DNA of 54,234 nt from a virus (lineage: Duplodnaviria > Caudoviricetes): IMG/VR virus record IMGVR_UViG_3300006916_000059, positions 1-54,234 of that record; one strand, given 5' to 3'. Shown here one piece after another: positions 37,098 through 45,844 of this stretch. How positions within the stretch are numbered: the stretch's first letter is position 1; each line of letters begins with the position of its first letter. The position numbers and the translations under genes were made by a program. The notes under the pieces are model-generated. The model saw only the letters and a list, made by a program, of their open reading frames with translations. It was not told the origin of the DNA and searched no databases.

Positions 37098-40000
37098 ATT
37101 GGAACACCTTGCGCTCTTAACTCTGCTGTCACTCCTTGTGTCACTTGCTCAACCATCTCTGGTAGCGTCATTCCATTAAAGTTGTTAGTCTGTATCAACT
37201 CTACTTTATGCAAAAGGCTTTCTACTCCGCCTTGTGTGATTTGTTTGTAAATAGCACCTGTGAAGTTTGACCTCTCTCCAAAGAATAATTCTTCTCTTGC
37301 ATTCGCAAACTCATTCTGTTGTTGAGTTAAAGTATCATAAAATTGCTTATGAGAATCTGCTAAATCGTCTTGACCATCTTTTTCAACTTTCAAAAGACTT
37401 TCATAATATTCTTTTGTAAACTCATCTCCGTCTGCAAAGTAAGCGTTTCTAATGCTTGCCAACTCTTTATTGTAAACCTTTTGAGCCTCATTAAGTGCTT
37501 CATTTCCATCAGCAAACTCGCTGAAAATATCTTCATAATATCCTTCAAAAGAAGCAACTTCTTTTAAGGCCCCTTCTGGTGTAACATAACCTACTGTATA
37601 TACTTCTCCATACTTAACTTCCATACCTGCAATTCTTTTTGTAAGTTCTTTTTCTGTAAGAACCAAACTATCTAACATTTGTTGACCCATATCAAAATCT
37701 GCATTACTAAGAAAATCTTGCGCTTCGGTAATAGCACTCACTTGTTGTTCGACAACTGACAACTTTGATATTTGGTCTTCGTAAGCGTTAGCAGTAGCAA
37801 CATCTCCTCTTTTTACTGCTGCTTCATGAGCCTGTTCAAATCGTAATCTTCTTGTATGAATATCGTCTAAAGTCTGTTGTGCTAATTCAGCATTTTGCTT
37901 TAAGTCGTTGAAAGACATATCAAAGACTCCTGTCAACACCGCTTCTTGCCCTGCCGTACCAGATAATTCTGCTAAAATCGCAGAAGTCCTATTTAATTCA
38001 TCATTAAGACCTCCTAAATTATCAAGGTCGCTATTGAAATTGTCACCAAAAATACTGTCAAATAATTCAAAACCAAGATAAGCACCTAATGTTACAAGTG
38101 CGCCTGTTATGGCAGTAAGACCACCCGTAGACATATGTAGAGCCATTCCCATACTCTTTATACCCTTAGTCATTTTGATAATAGCGGGAATTGCTTGACT
38201 TAACATCATTAAACTCATAGTATACATAGTAGCACTCATTTGTTTACTACCGTCTACAATCATAGGGAAGAGTAAAGAGAATCCCATCAAAGTCTTTTGT
38301 GTGGTTTTTAAATACATATTTCCTTCTATCATAGCAGCATGAGAAGCCTTCATGCTCTGCGTAAAGGACATTGTAGAAGCACCTGCCTTTTTCTGTGCTA
38401 CTGCTAATTGCTCATCTGCCGTAATGACTTGAGTTATTGCTATTCTTTCTTGATTTAAAGTCATTATATTTTCTCTTGTTTTTGCTATTTTTTCATCAAT
38501 AGCAACTGTTGTCTTTCCTTTTGATAATAACTCTGCCCTTTCTGTTTGAAGAACCATTAGACGATGCCTTGCTTCTTCTTGAAGAGATAATAAATCTGCT
38601 TGTCTGGTAGTTAATCTCTTAAGTGTCTTAGAGTCTAATTGTTCTGATAACACCACTTCATTTGCCATAGCATTTGCGTGTGCAGTAAGAGATTGGTTTA
38701 TTTTTTCTTGTAGACCAAGACTTTGAAACATTGTTGTTATGCTTCTTTTGTCTATTACTTCTCTTGTGGCTTTAGTAGCAATAAGTTGCTGACTTATTTG
38801 TTTTTCAAATATAAGGTCGTTATTAGCGATTCTTTGATTTGTCATAGATTGACCTCTCAAAGCAATATTCTTCTGTAGTTGATTTCCTTGACTTCTTAAA
38901 GCACCAGAAAGTTTTCTTAATGCTTTTTCTGCTTCTCCAGCCGACTGTGCTTCCTGTAAAGCAAGGAGAGCATCTTCCTTCTTTGCTCTTATATTCCTTA
39001 TTTTTTCTTCCAAAGCCCCTCTTTCTGCCTGTCTTTTTCTAACTAAAGCATTCGCAGATGATAAAACAGATTGTTGTTCTCTGTTAAGAGCAGTAGCACT
39101 TCTGAAAGTAGTCAATATACCTTTTTCATTCGCAAGATTTTCTAATGTTCTTGCGTCATACAATTTCTTGTATTCCATAGCCTCTATTCTTGTTTTATTG
39201 ATTGCATCCGGTCTTGATGCTTGGTATGCTTTGAATGCAACTGTAATACCTACAACTCTAAGGGCTAATTCTGCCAGAGGTTGAATTAATTGTTGATAAG
39301 CGTTTGAGGCTGCTATTACATTACCTGCTACCTTATCCATACCGGGAATTTCAAGAACCGTTTTTGCACCCTTTAAGAATGTCTCTTGCGCTCTATATGA
39401 AGTCATATATGCTTCTGCTAAATCCTCCCCTATCGCTACCTTCATGTCATTTATCTTTGCTTCCATTTGCGTTGCTTGGAAAACGGCAGATTTTGTTTTA
39501 TTTTCAAACTCTTCAATAGCGGGATAAAGTGTGTTGAAAGCATCAGTTTGCATCTGTGTTAGACGATGTTGATTTTCCATTATCTTTAGGAATTTGATAT
39601 AGTGACGGGAACCAGCAATACTTACTGCTAATGCTCTTTTTTCCTCTGCCGACATAGCATTATAGGCTGGAGTTATTCTTTCTATTACATCAGTTAATTT
39701 TAATTGCGCTACTCCTTGAGCATCAAGACCCGGAATTAATTCAGCAATAGCCTTTGTTGCTTCGTTATTTGCATTTCCGAGACGCTGATAAATCATACGC
39801 AGACCTGTTCCCGCCCTGCTTACTTCTTCACCTGTTTCAAGTAGCAAAGCAGACATAGCGGCCATATCACCAATTGACTCACCTGCAATATCCGCTTGAC
39901 TTGCGAATTGGTTAAGAACGAATGTAATATCTTCCATTGTAGCAACAGAAGTATTTTCAATTGTGTTAAGTTGGTTTAGGGCGTGTATTGATGCTTCTCT

Positions 40001-40552
40001 TACAAGATTAGCCTGTTGCTCTGCCGTTAAGTTATCATATTGGGCTTGAGTAAGACCGCCCATAAGGAATTGAGTTTGTTGTGCTAAAGCAATAAAACGA
40101 TTCATACCTAATTCGGTTTCCATTTCACCGACTTGAGCCATCAATAGACCCTGTCTTGTAGCCTCAATAACTGCAAGTTGGGAACCCAATACTGCCTTTA
40201 ACTGCGCCGTTCTTGCTGCAGCGGCTAAAGATTCAGCACCTGTAAATGCGAAAGCGTGACCCATTTCTTGTGCTGCTTCTGCGAATGCTCTAACTTCGCC
40301 TTCTCCGGCGTTATAGAATTTACGAACCCTTACAAATTGTTCTTCAAATTCAAAAAATGCCGCCGTAACACTATTTACGGCATCAATTATGTAAGATGTG
40401 CTTTCTGAAAAAGTGTCAGCGATACTACTTATTGTATCAAGAACAATCGCTTCTTGGACTACCATAGCGGCACGAGTATCACCAAGTAACTTCTCCGACT
40501 GTAATTGTCCTATTACATCGAAAAATACTCGTGCTGCACCTGCTTTTGCCAT
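37094..40552 (-). CDS. Tail tape measure protein
   Basis: 1152 aa, helical and Ala/Gln-rich; TP901-like core (FEEQFVRVRK...AGTGLRMIYQRL); hydrophobic segments; follows the tail chaperones. Confidence 0.88.
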   Translation of the reverse strand: MAKAGAARVFFDVIGQLQSEKLLGDTRAAMVVQEAIVLDTISSIADTFSESTSYIIDAVNSVTAAFFEFEEQFVRVRKFYNAGEGEVRAFAEAAQEMGHAFAFTGAESLAAAARTAQLKAVLGSQLAVIEATRQGLLMAQVGEMETELGMNRFIALAQQTQFLMGGLTQAQYDNLTAEQQANLVREASIHALNQLNTIENTSVATMEDITFVLNQFASQADIAGESIGDMAAMSALLLETGEEVSRAGTGLRMIYQRLGNANNEATKAIAELIPGLDAQGVAQLKLTDVIERITPAYNAMSAEEKRALAVSIAGSRHYIKFLKIMENQHRLTQMQTDAFNTLYPAIEEFENKTKSAVFQATQMEAKINDMKVAIGEDLAEAYMTSYRAQETFLKGAKTVLEIPGMDKVAGNVIAASNAYQQLIQPLAELALRVVGITVAFKAYQASRPDAINKTRIEAMEYKKLYDARTLENLANEKGILTTFRSATALNREQQSVLSSANALVRKRQAERGALEEKIRNIRAKKEDALLALQEAQSAGEAEKALRKLSGALRSQGNQLQKNIALRGQSMTNQRIANNDLIFEKQISQQLIATKATREVIDKRSITTMFQSLGLQEKINQSLTAHANAMANEVVLSEQLDSKTLKRLTTRQADLLSLQEEARHRLMVLQTERAELLSKGKTTVAIDEKIAKTRENIMTLNQERIAITQVITADEQLAVAQKKAGASTMSFTQSMKASHAAMIEGNMYLKTTQKTLMGFSLLFPMIVDGSKQMSATMYTMSLMMLSQAIPAIIKMTKGIKSMGMALHMSTGGLTAITGALVTLGAYLGFELFDSIFGDNFNSDLDNLGGLNDELNRTSAILAELSGTAGQEAVLTGVFDMSFNDLKQNAELAQQTLDDIHTRRLRFEQAHEAAVKRGDVATANAYEDQISKLSVVEQQVSAITEAQDFLSNADFDMGQQMLDSLVLTEKELTKRIAGMEVKYGEVYTVGYVTPEGALKEVASFEGYYEDIFSEFADGNEALNEAQKVYNKELASIRNAYFADGDEFTKEYYESLLKVEKDGQDDLADSHKQFYDTLTQQQNEFANAREELFFGERSNFTGAIYKQITQGGVESLLHKVELIQTNNFNGMTLPEMVEQVTQGVTAELRAQGVPI

Positions 40553-40831
40553 CTAATCACCAGCCCATTCTTTTAACATATTACCCATATCTTTTGGTTT
40601 TACTGTGGCTGAATCTGCTCTCCTTTGATTTCTTCTTGCTACTGCTTTTTTAGCATCTATCTTATTATCTTTTTCATCGTATTGTTCTTTTATTCTACTG
40701 CTAATTTCGAGTGCTATTTCTAAATCATAATCTAATTTTATCCATCCACCCTTACAATCGTATTTTTCAAACAAATCACTTGGTAAGACCCCTTTAAATG
40801 TTGAGCATAACATCGGCGCAACAGAGGTCAA
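40553..40831 (-). CDS. Tail assembly chaperone, -1 frameshift extension (gpT-like)
   Basis: In the -1 frame relative to the upstream ORF, immediately after slippery C CCT TTG; no good ATG/RBS of its own. Confidence 0.7.
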   Translation of the reverse strand: MTSVAPMLCSTFKGVLPSDLFEKYDCKGGWIKLDYDLEIALEISSRIKEQYDEKDNKIDAKKAVARRNQRRADSATVKPKDMGNMLKEWAGD

Positions 40832-41187
40832 GAATCCAAAGGGACCGCACCCTCTAAGTCGTCTCCTCTGACGAAGTTTAGTATGTCTCTAACTTCTTCG
40901 GAAGTAAGAGTATTAATATCAAAATTTTCTTCAATTACACATCTTGGAACCCATGCTTGAATTTGCGAATCAATACCTGCACCTGCTTCTGACAGAGCAT
41001 CATTAAATTCTTCATGTTGCTCTGGAGTCCACTCTGCGGGGTTTGTTCCAAAATGTCTAAATTTTCTAAAGGTCTGGGCTTGGATTTTTTCAATAGCAAG
41101 TTTATCCATACCGGAGGCTTGTCTTACCCAAATCTTCTTTCCGTCATTCAATTCTATCTCTTTCTTTAATACAGGCACTTTTATCAC
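40828..41187 (-). CDS. Tail assembly chaperone (gpG-like)
   Basis: Lies between tail tube and tape measure; slippery heptamer near its 3' end. Confidence 0.7.
   Translation of the reverse strand: MIKVPVLKKEIELNDGKKIWVRQASGMDKLAIEKIQAQTFRKFRHFGTNPAEWTPEQHEEFNDALSEAGAGIDSQIQAWVPRCVIEENFDINTLTSEEVRDILNFVRGDDLEGAVPLDS
40837..40843 (-). other. Programmed -1 ribosomal frameshift site C CCT TTG
   Basis: X XXY YYZ heptamer in the correct phase; -1 reading CCC TTT GGA TTC TTG joins ORF 40553-40831. Confidence 0.75.
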
Positions 41188-41265
41188 TTTCCTTTACTTT
41201 TATACGAGTCATTGACTCGTTCCATTTAGCAATTATACTACTGTTGCTAATCATGGAATATCACT

Positions 41266-41454
41266 TCATGGTGGGCTTTCATATGCAATAGTAGCAGTAA
41301 AGTTATTCCCTACTGCTTGTTTAACTACTGATATTGAAAATATTTCTGTTCCGGCGGTAAGACTTTGTAGAAATGTTTCAATTAAACCACCTAATGTTAG
41401 GTGAGTGCCGTGTATCGTTTCTACGGCTATGTTTGCTGGGGTTGCGACAGGCAC
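41266..41454 (-). CDS. Small hypothetical virion-module protein
   Basis: 62-aa ORF after the tail tube gene, GGGG RBS. Confidence 0.5.
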   Translation of the reverse strand: MPVATPANIAVETIHGTHLTLGGLIETFLQSLTAGTEIFSISVVKQAVGNNFTATIAYESPP

Positions 41455-41467
41455 TTAACTACCCCCA

Positions 41468-42520
41468 TCACGCATCCAAGTCAAGTGTAGATAAAGCAGA
41501 GTCTGTGCTTTCAAAAGCAACTTTTACGGTGGAAGTAGCAGTTAAATCATACAGAGCATGGAACTTTACAGTCATTGTCTGTGAATCTCTACCGCTTACT
41601 GATGTTTCTGGCATTTCATAATGTAAATTAAAGAAATCAAATCTAATAAAGTTTGTAGCACTGTCTTCAAACAAAACAGATAGCGCAGGTGTGCTACTGC
41701 CCGGATAGACTTCTGCCGCACCATTAGCAGATGTAGCACCCATCATTTCAGCGTAAGTTATAGCATCGTCAAGACCTGTGTCTCCACTTTCTGTCATTTT
41801 GTGGAAAGTAATCGAACCGCTTACTTCACGAGTAGTCACAGGTGGCTTTCTTGCTACACTGTTTGAACCAAGAGCGTAAGTATTGTCTATATCGTGGTTA
41901 TTTTTAATTTCAAAATCAATACTCTGAACCATTGAAGAAAATGCAGATGATGTTGCTGCTTCTTCAAAGTTTACATAAGTCTTTGCGAAATGCAAAGCAT
42001 CTCCTGTATAAGTTGGAACATCGGTTCCTAAACTACCAGCCTCTGCGGTCTGGGTTGAACCAATAGTAGCAAATGAAATCATAGCGTATTCTCCGACAGA
42101 AGCAGATACTGACATTGATTCCATAACTTGACCCGGAAATAGTGCCTCTCCATCGTCACGACCAATGCGGAATGTGTAAGAAGGTAATTCAGTAACACTT
42201 GTAATTGCTGGTTCTGCGATTATACCTGTTGTTGGCCCTGCTGATTCAAAGACAGTAGGGTTGTCTCCAAATAGACCGTGAATACACATCATTGTGAAGT
42301 GGCAAGGTTGAAGGACTTGTGACCAACCTCCAGAGGAGGAGATTTTGCCCATAACTGCTTGTCTACTATTCCAATAATTCATGTCGCTTCTTTTGTTTAC
42401 ATCAAAAGTCTGACCAAAGGTTTCTGATTCAACTTCGCCTACTGCGTCTGTAGGAACCGCAGTAGCATATGTGGTTTCTTTACCAATGGCTAAATACCTA
42501 TGAACATTACTTAATGCCAT
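41468..42520 (-). CDS. Major tail tube protein
   Basis: RYLAIGKETTYAT, LPSYTF, SIDFEIKNN, REVSGSIT patterns typical of siphovirus tail tubes. Confidence 0.8.
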   Translation of the reverse strand: MALSNVHRYLAIGKETTYATAVPTDAVGEVESETFGQTFDVNKRSDMNYWNSRQAVMGKISSSGGWSQVLQPCHFTMMCIHGLFGDNPTVFESAGPTTGIIAEPAITSVTELPSYTFRIGRDDGEALFPGQVMESMSVSASVGEYAMISFATIGSTQTAEAGSLGTDVPTYTGDALHFAKTYVNFEEAATSSAFSSMVQSIDFEIKNNHDIDNTYALGSNSVARKPPVTTREVSGSITFHKMTESGDTGLDDAITYAEMMGATSANGAAEVYPGSSTPALSVLFEDSATNFIRFDFFNLHYEMPETSVSGRDSQTMTVKFHALYDLTATSTVKVAFESTDSALSTLDLDA

Positions 42521-42539
42521 ATATCAGACACTGTATGTT

Positions 42540-42550
42540 TGTCTAATAAA
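42540..42550 (-). promoter_or_regulatory. Promoter TTTATTAGACA, 30 nt before the tail tube ATG
   Basis: Same motif family and same 30-nt spacing as tttattaggtca at 26771. Confidence 0.55.
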
Positions 42551-42556
42551 GACTTC

Positions 42557-43645
42557 TTATACTTCTCTTTGGAACAACCGAATCTTTTTCATATAAGTTA
42601 GTGTTAGAGTATGAACACAAACAACTTCATCATCATCTATCTTACTATCAAGGACTGCATCATAAGATATTAGAGAATCAATTCCATCTTCAAGTCCTGT
42701 TTTAGTATACAATTCATCAAAAACTTCTCCCATAATTGATAGACCAAGACGGTATGCGTTTTTGTAATCTGTTCCACGAGTTGTAACATAGATAATTACA
42801 TTATATCTCTGGTCTGTCCTACGACCTCCCAGAACTAAAAACTCTGGGGATTCTAATTTCTGTGTAAGGACATGGATTGTGGGAGGTCTGAATCTATTTA
42901 TCATGGCTTGCGAAGATAAGTCGTAACCATACAAAATACTTGATTCTGTGACATGAGTCTTGATTAAGAATCTATTGCTTGCTTTAAGAACATTAACAAT
43001 ATTCAGACCTGTGCGAATAAGAGAGTTAGTAGTCCAATCGGACATATCCATTTCGTCTGGGGAATAAGCACCATATGGAGTATAATATGCTACATACCAA
43101 TCAACTGTTCCTGTTGTATTACCAAAAGACGCAGTCTGTGATACAGAAGATGTTGCCGTAACTTCAAGATAATGTTGTTGTGCATCGTCATCTTCTATAA
43201 TTTCTCGCATATACAATCTTGCCGTTCCGTCATTCGCAAGAGTAAGTCGCAAAAGACTTGGAACTGCATCATCTTCTGCCATACTTAAATCTAAATCAGA
43301 AGAAGTAGCAGTAGTAGCACCAACTAACTTTACTTTATTATTTGAACCATTTGCTTTTACTTCTACTCTGTAAGAACCATTATCAAGAGTCATTAAAACT
43401 TCATCGTTATCTGGATTAGATACATACTTCATAGCACAAATTATAGTTAAATCGTTTTCGCTATCTGCAACTGTCTGACTCCATATCTGACCAGAACCTT
43501 CTATTCTCCAAGCGTCACCATTTACAGAACCATCTCCAGATAGACCTGTAAGACTCCAAGCGTTATTGTATTCTCCTATTGGGTTTGATGGGTCTGTACC
43601 ACCTACTCTTGCAGACCAATAATGACTATTTTTTGCTATTCCCAT
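42557..43645 (-). CDS. Tail terminator-like protein with an N-terminal beta-sandwich (LamG/ConA-like) extension
   Basis: C-terminal PPTIHV...YNVIIYV...HTLTLTY fits the terminator fold; directly upstream of the tail tube gene. Confidence 0.5.
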   Translation of the reverse strand: MGIAKNSHYWSARVGGTDPSNPIGEYNNAWSLTGLSGDGSVNGDAWRIEGSGQIWSQTVADSENDLTIICAMKYVSNPDNDEVLMTLDNGSYRVEVKANGSNNKVKLVGATTATSSDLDLSMAEDDAVPSLLRLTLANDGTARLYMREIIEDDDAQQHYLEVTATSSVSQTASFGNTTGTVDWYVAYYTPYGAYSPDEMDMSDWTTNSLIRTGLNIVNVLKASNRFLIKTHVTESSILYGYDLSSQAMINRFRPPTIHVLTQKLESPEFLVLGGRRTDQRYNVIIYVTTRGTDYKNAYRLGLSIMGEVFDELYTKTGLEDGIDSLISYDAVLDSKIDDDEVVCVHTLTLTYMKKIRLFQREV

Positions 43646-43646
43646 A

Positions 43647-44330
43647 TTACTCAACTCCAAAACCTGCTTTTAATCCAGCCGCTTCTGCGACTTGTTTACT
43701 CCATTTAGGAAAGTCTTTTCTTACAAAAGTTTCAATATAAAGTATGTAATCAAATGTTCTTGTAAATCCGGGGTGTGTGCCTGTTTTTCGCATAGCACGA
43801 CTGTTATCTCTTGCGTTTCCAGAAAACTTATACCAACCTGCGCTTGATTGTACCACCTGTGGTAAAAATCGGGAATATTTAAAAGGTTTAATTCCTTGAA
43901 CCAACATCTTTGATATATTTAGACCACGAGAACCTTTTATTCCTTTATCAGCGTGTGAAGGGTCAGAAGCAGTATGCACTCGAATAAAAGAAGAACCGGG
44001 AATATCATCTTGAGTCAGAGCATCACCTATTGTTGTATGAATTGACTTAGATGGTTTATTTGGAACTTTAATATTGTAAAGTGGTCCAGCCATTTTCTTT
44101 AGTTGTTTGCGAGTATCTGTAATAGCCATTTCAATAACACCTCTAAGAGTATTTTTCATTATTTTATCGCCATCATAACCTAATCTATCAAGAGCCTGTA
44201 CCAAATCTCTTTCATCCCAATCAAGACGAAATTGCATTTGAATAGAGTTATTAGATGAACCACGCATACCTGTAAAAGGTATGTTGCCTCTTGGCCCACC
44301 TTTGCCGACTCTTAATGTTGAACGAACCAT
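43647..44330 (-). CDS. Tail completion/neck protein (HK97 gp10-like position)
   Basis: Basic protein with HPG motif near the C-terminus; synteny. Confidence 0.45.
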   Translation of the reverse strand: MVRSTLRVGKGGPRGNIPFTGMRGSSNNSIQMQFRLDWDERDLVQALDRLGYDGDKIMKNTLRGVIEMAITDTRKQLKKMAGPLYNIKVPNKPSKSIHTTIGDALTQDDIPGSSFIRVHTASDPSHADKGIKGSRGLNISKMLVQGIKPFKYSRFLPQVVQSSAGWYKFSGNARDNSRAMRKTGTHPGFTRTFDYILYIETFVRKDFPKWSKQVAEAAGLKAGFGVE

Positions 44331-44331
44331 A

Positions 44332-44877
44332 TTAAGCACTACCTAAATGGGCTAACCTCTGCAAAGCCATATATCCTCTTTCACGCATATTATAGCCTCT
44401 CATATCATCAGACTTCTGATGAGTAGCCTCATCTTCAAGATAAATACCTGTTGCTATATCAGCACATATTTCTCTAACAACATGAGCCATTTCACCGTAT
44501 TGAACGGTCTCACCGCTTTCGTGGTCGAAAGAAAGACCCGTAACGCCTTGAATGTAGTGTGAACCTCCGACATTTTGCAGACTCGTATATGTAAAGGTAT
44601 CTCCGTTAATGTTTCCCTTTCCACCGCTTGAGTCAAAGCCGATAAAAGAAGCCACACGAAATTGCGTAGAATCCGTAGAAAGGTCAAATGCCGCACTAAG
44701 CGTTGTCTCTTGGATAACACCGCTTGGTTCATCTCTACCATAATCTAAAAAGCATTGGTCTATTTTAATTGACGCTCTGCGAATACAAGAAGTAATTCTA
44801 TTGGTTGCTCGGCTACGCTGCGCGCTATCAAGACCGAGTCTTAAACCAACATCTGCAACCGAACAATAGTATGTCAT
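44332..44877 (-). CDS. Head-tail adaptor with an inserted beta domain
   Basis: YCSVADV...IRRASIKID...VREICADIA adaptor pattern. Confidence 0.6.
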   Translation of the reverse strand: MTYYCSVADVGLRLGLDSAQRSRATNRITSCIRRASIKIDQCFLDYGRDEPSGVIQETTLSAAFDLSTDSTQFRVASFIGFDSSGGKGNINGDTFTYTSLQNVGGSHYIQGVTGLSFDHESGETVQYGEMAHVVREICADIATGIYLEDEATHQKSDDMRGYNMRERGYMALQRLAHLGSA

Positions 44878-45161
44878 TACTTCAACTCCGATAGTCTGTT
44901 AATTAATTCAGCCTTTACACCTTTAGCATCAATATTATACTTTTCGCAAAGTGCTACTAATTCAGCCTTTTTCATTTTCTTTAATTCTGCTAAAGATGGA
45001 TAAGCATCAGTTAAATCATCTACAATGTCTTCAACATCTTCAACAATATCCATAACTTCATCTAATGTTAGTTTTCCATCTTTTAGATATTTCATGTAGA
45101 TGCCGTATAGACCTGCACCTACAATCGCTAATCCTGTTCCATAATACATAATTTCTTCCAT
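44877..45161 (-). CDS. Membrane-anchored protein with a C-terminal SAP/HeH domain
   Basis: TM segment GTGLAIVGAGLYGIY; LKKMKKAELVALCEKYNIDAKGVKAELINRL. Confidence 0.7.
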   Translation of the reverse strand: MEEIMYYGTGLAIVGAGLYGIYMKYLKDGKLTLDEVMDIVEDVEDIVDDLTDAYPSLAELKKMKKAELVALCEKYNIDAKGVKAELINRLSELK

Positions 45162-45165
45162 ATTA

Positions 45166-45333
45166 TCACGCTTCCTTGTATTCAACTGCTTTTACACAAC
45201 TAAAGGGTAATGACATAAAAGGTTTGCTTTCGCCATCCCTGTATATCTTATACCCATGTGGTGTTTCTTCAATGTTTACATTGGAATAACATCTTTCTGG
45301 GGGAATATAAATAATTTTACCTAATCTTTTCAT
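45166..45333 (-). CDS. 55-aa hypothetical protein (MKRLGKIIYIPPERCY...), not in the ORF track
   Basis: ATGA coupling, GGGGG RBS. Confidence 0.55.
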   Translation of the reverse strand: MKRLGKIIYIPPERCYSNVNIEETPHGYKIYRDGESKPFMSLPFSCVKAVEYKEA

Positions 45334-45437
45334 TTCTTAACCCCCGTAATCAAATCTTTCTTTTGTTCCTTTTCTGCTTTATCTAACTCTTTTGACTTTA
45401 CATCAAACCATTCATCTAACATTTTACATCTTGTCAT
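45330..45437 (-). CDS. 35-aa microprotein (MTRCKMLDEWFDVKSKELDK...)
   Basis: Fills the gap, AGGTGA RBS, ATGA coupling. Confidence 0.45.
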   Translation of the reverse strand: MTRCKMLDEWFDVKSKELDKAEKEQKKDLITGVKK

Positions 45438-45438
45438 T

Positions 45439-45675
45439 TTACATCACCTGTGTTCCACCAATTACGACTGAAAGCACACCAATAATTGCGGCGGCTAACT
45501 TTTTCATCAGTTCAAACCCGTTGTTCAACACTTGATTCTGCACTTCCAATGCACCTGTCAGCGATGACATCTGCCTGTCTCGCTCGGCCTGTGCGTCAGC
45601 CATTTTCGTGAAGGCTTCTTCCAGCCTATCAAGCCTGTGATTTTGTAGTGGGTCTTGTTCGCTCATTTTACTCAT
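45439..45675 (-). CDS. Coiled-coil protein with C-terminal TM segment (holin/haemolysin-like architecture)
   Basis: HRLDRLEE coiled coil followed by LAAAIIGVLSVVIGG. Confidence 0.55.
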   Translation of the reverse strand: MSKMSEQDPLQNHRLDRLEEAFTKMADAQAERDRQMSSLTGALEVQNQVLNNGFELMKKLAAAIIGVLSVVIGGTQVM

Positions 45676-45676
45676 T

Positions 45677-45844
45677 TTACTCACTCCTTAAAGATTCTAT
45701 GTGTTCAGCCGTAGGACAAGGGCATATATCCGTAGGCCATAAATCTAAAATTAAATACATTCCGTTACCGTCATCGTGTAAGACATTTCCTTCTTTTAAC
45801 ACTTGATAATAGTGTTGTTCCAATACTTCATAATAAGTTTTCAT
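45677..45844 (-). CDS. 55-aa XkdW-like fibre-associated protein, not in the ORF track
   Basis: MKTYYEVLE...LHDDGNGMYL...W...PCPTAE pattern; coupled to the fibre gene. Confidence 0.5.
   Translation of the reverse strand: MKTYYEVLEQHYYQVLKEGNVLHDDGNGMYLILDLWPTDICPCPTAEHIESLRSE

Noticed and set aside
41204-41220. Hairpin acgagtc-att-gactcgt upstream of the tail chaperone as a terminator
   Set aside because: No U-tract follows on the coding (-) strand; single short stem, function unsupported
45662-45684. 9-bp tandem repeat ctcatttta giving MSKMSKMS
   Set aside because: Only about 2.5 copies at a stop/start junction; likely a trivial local duplication
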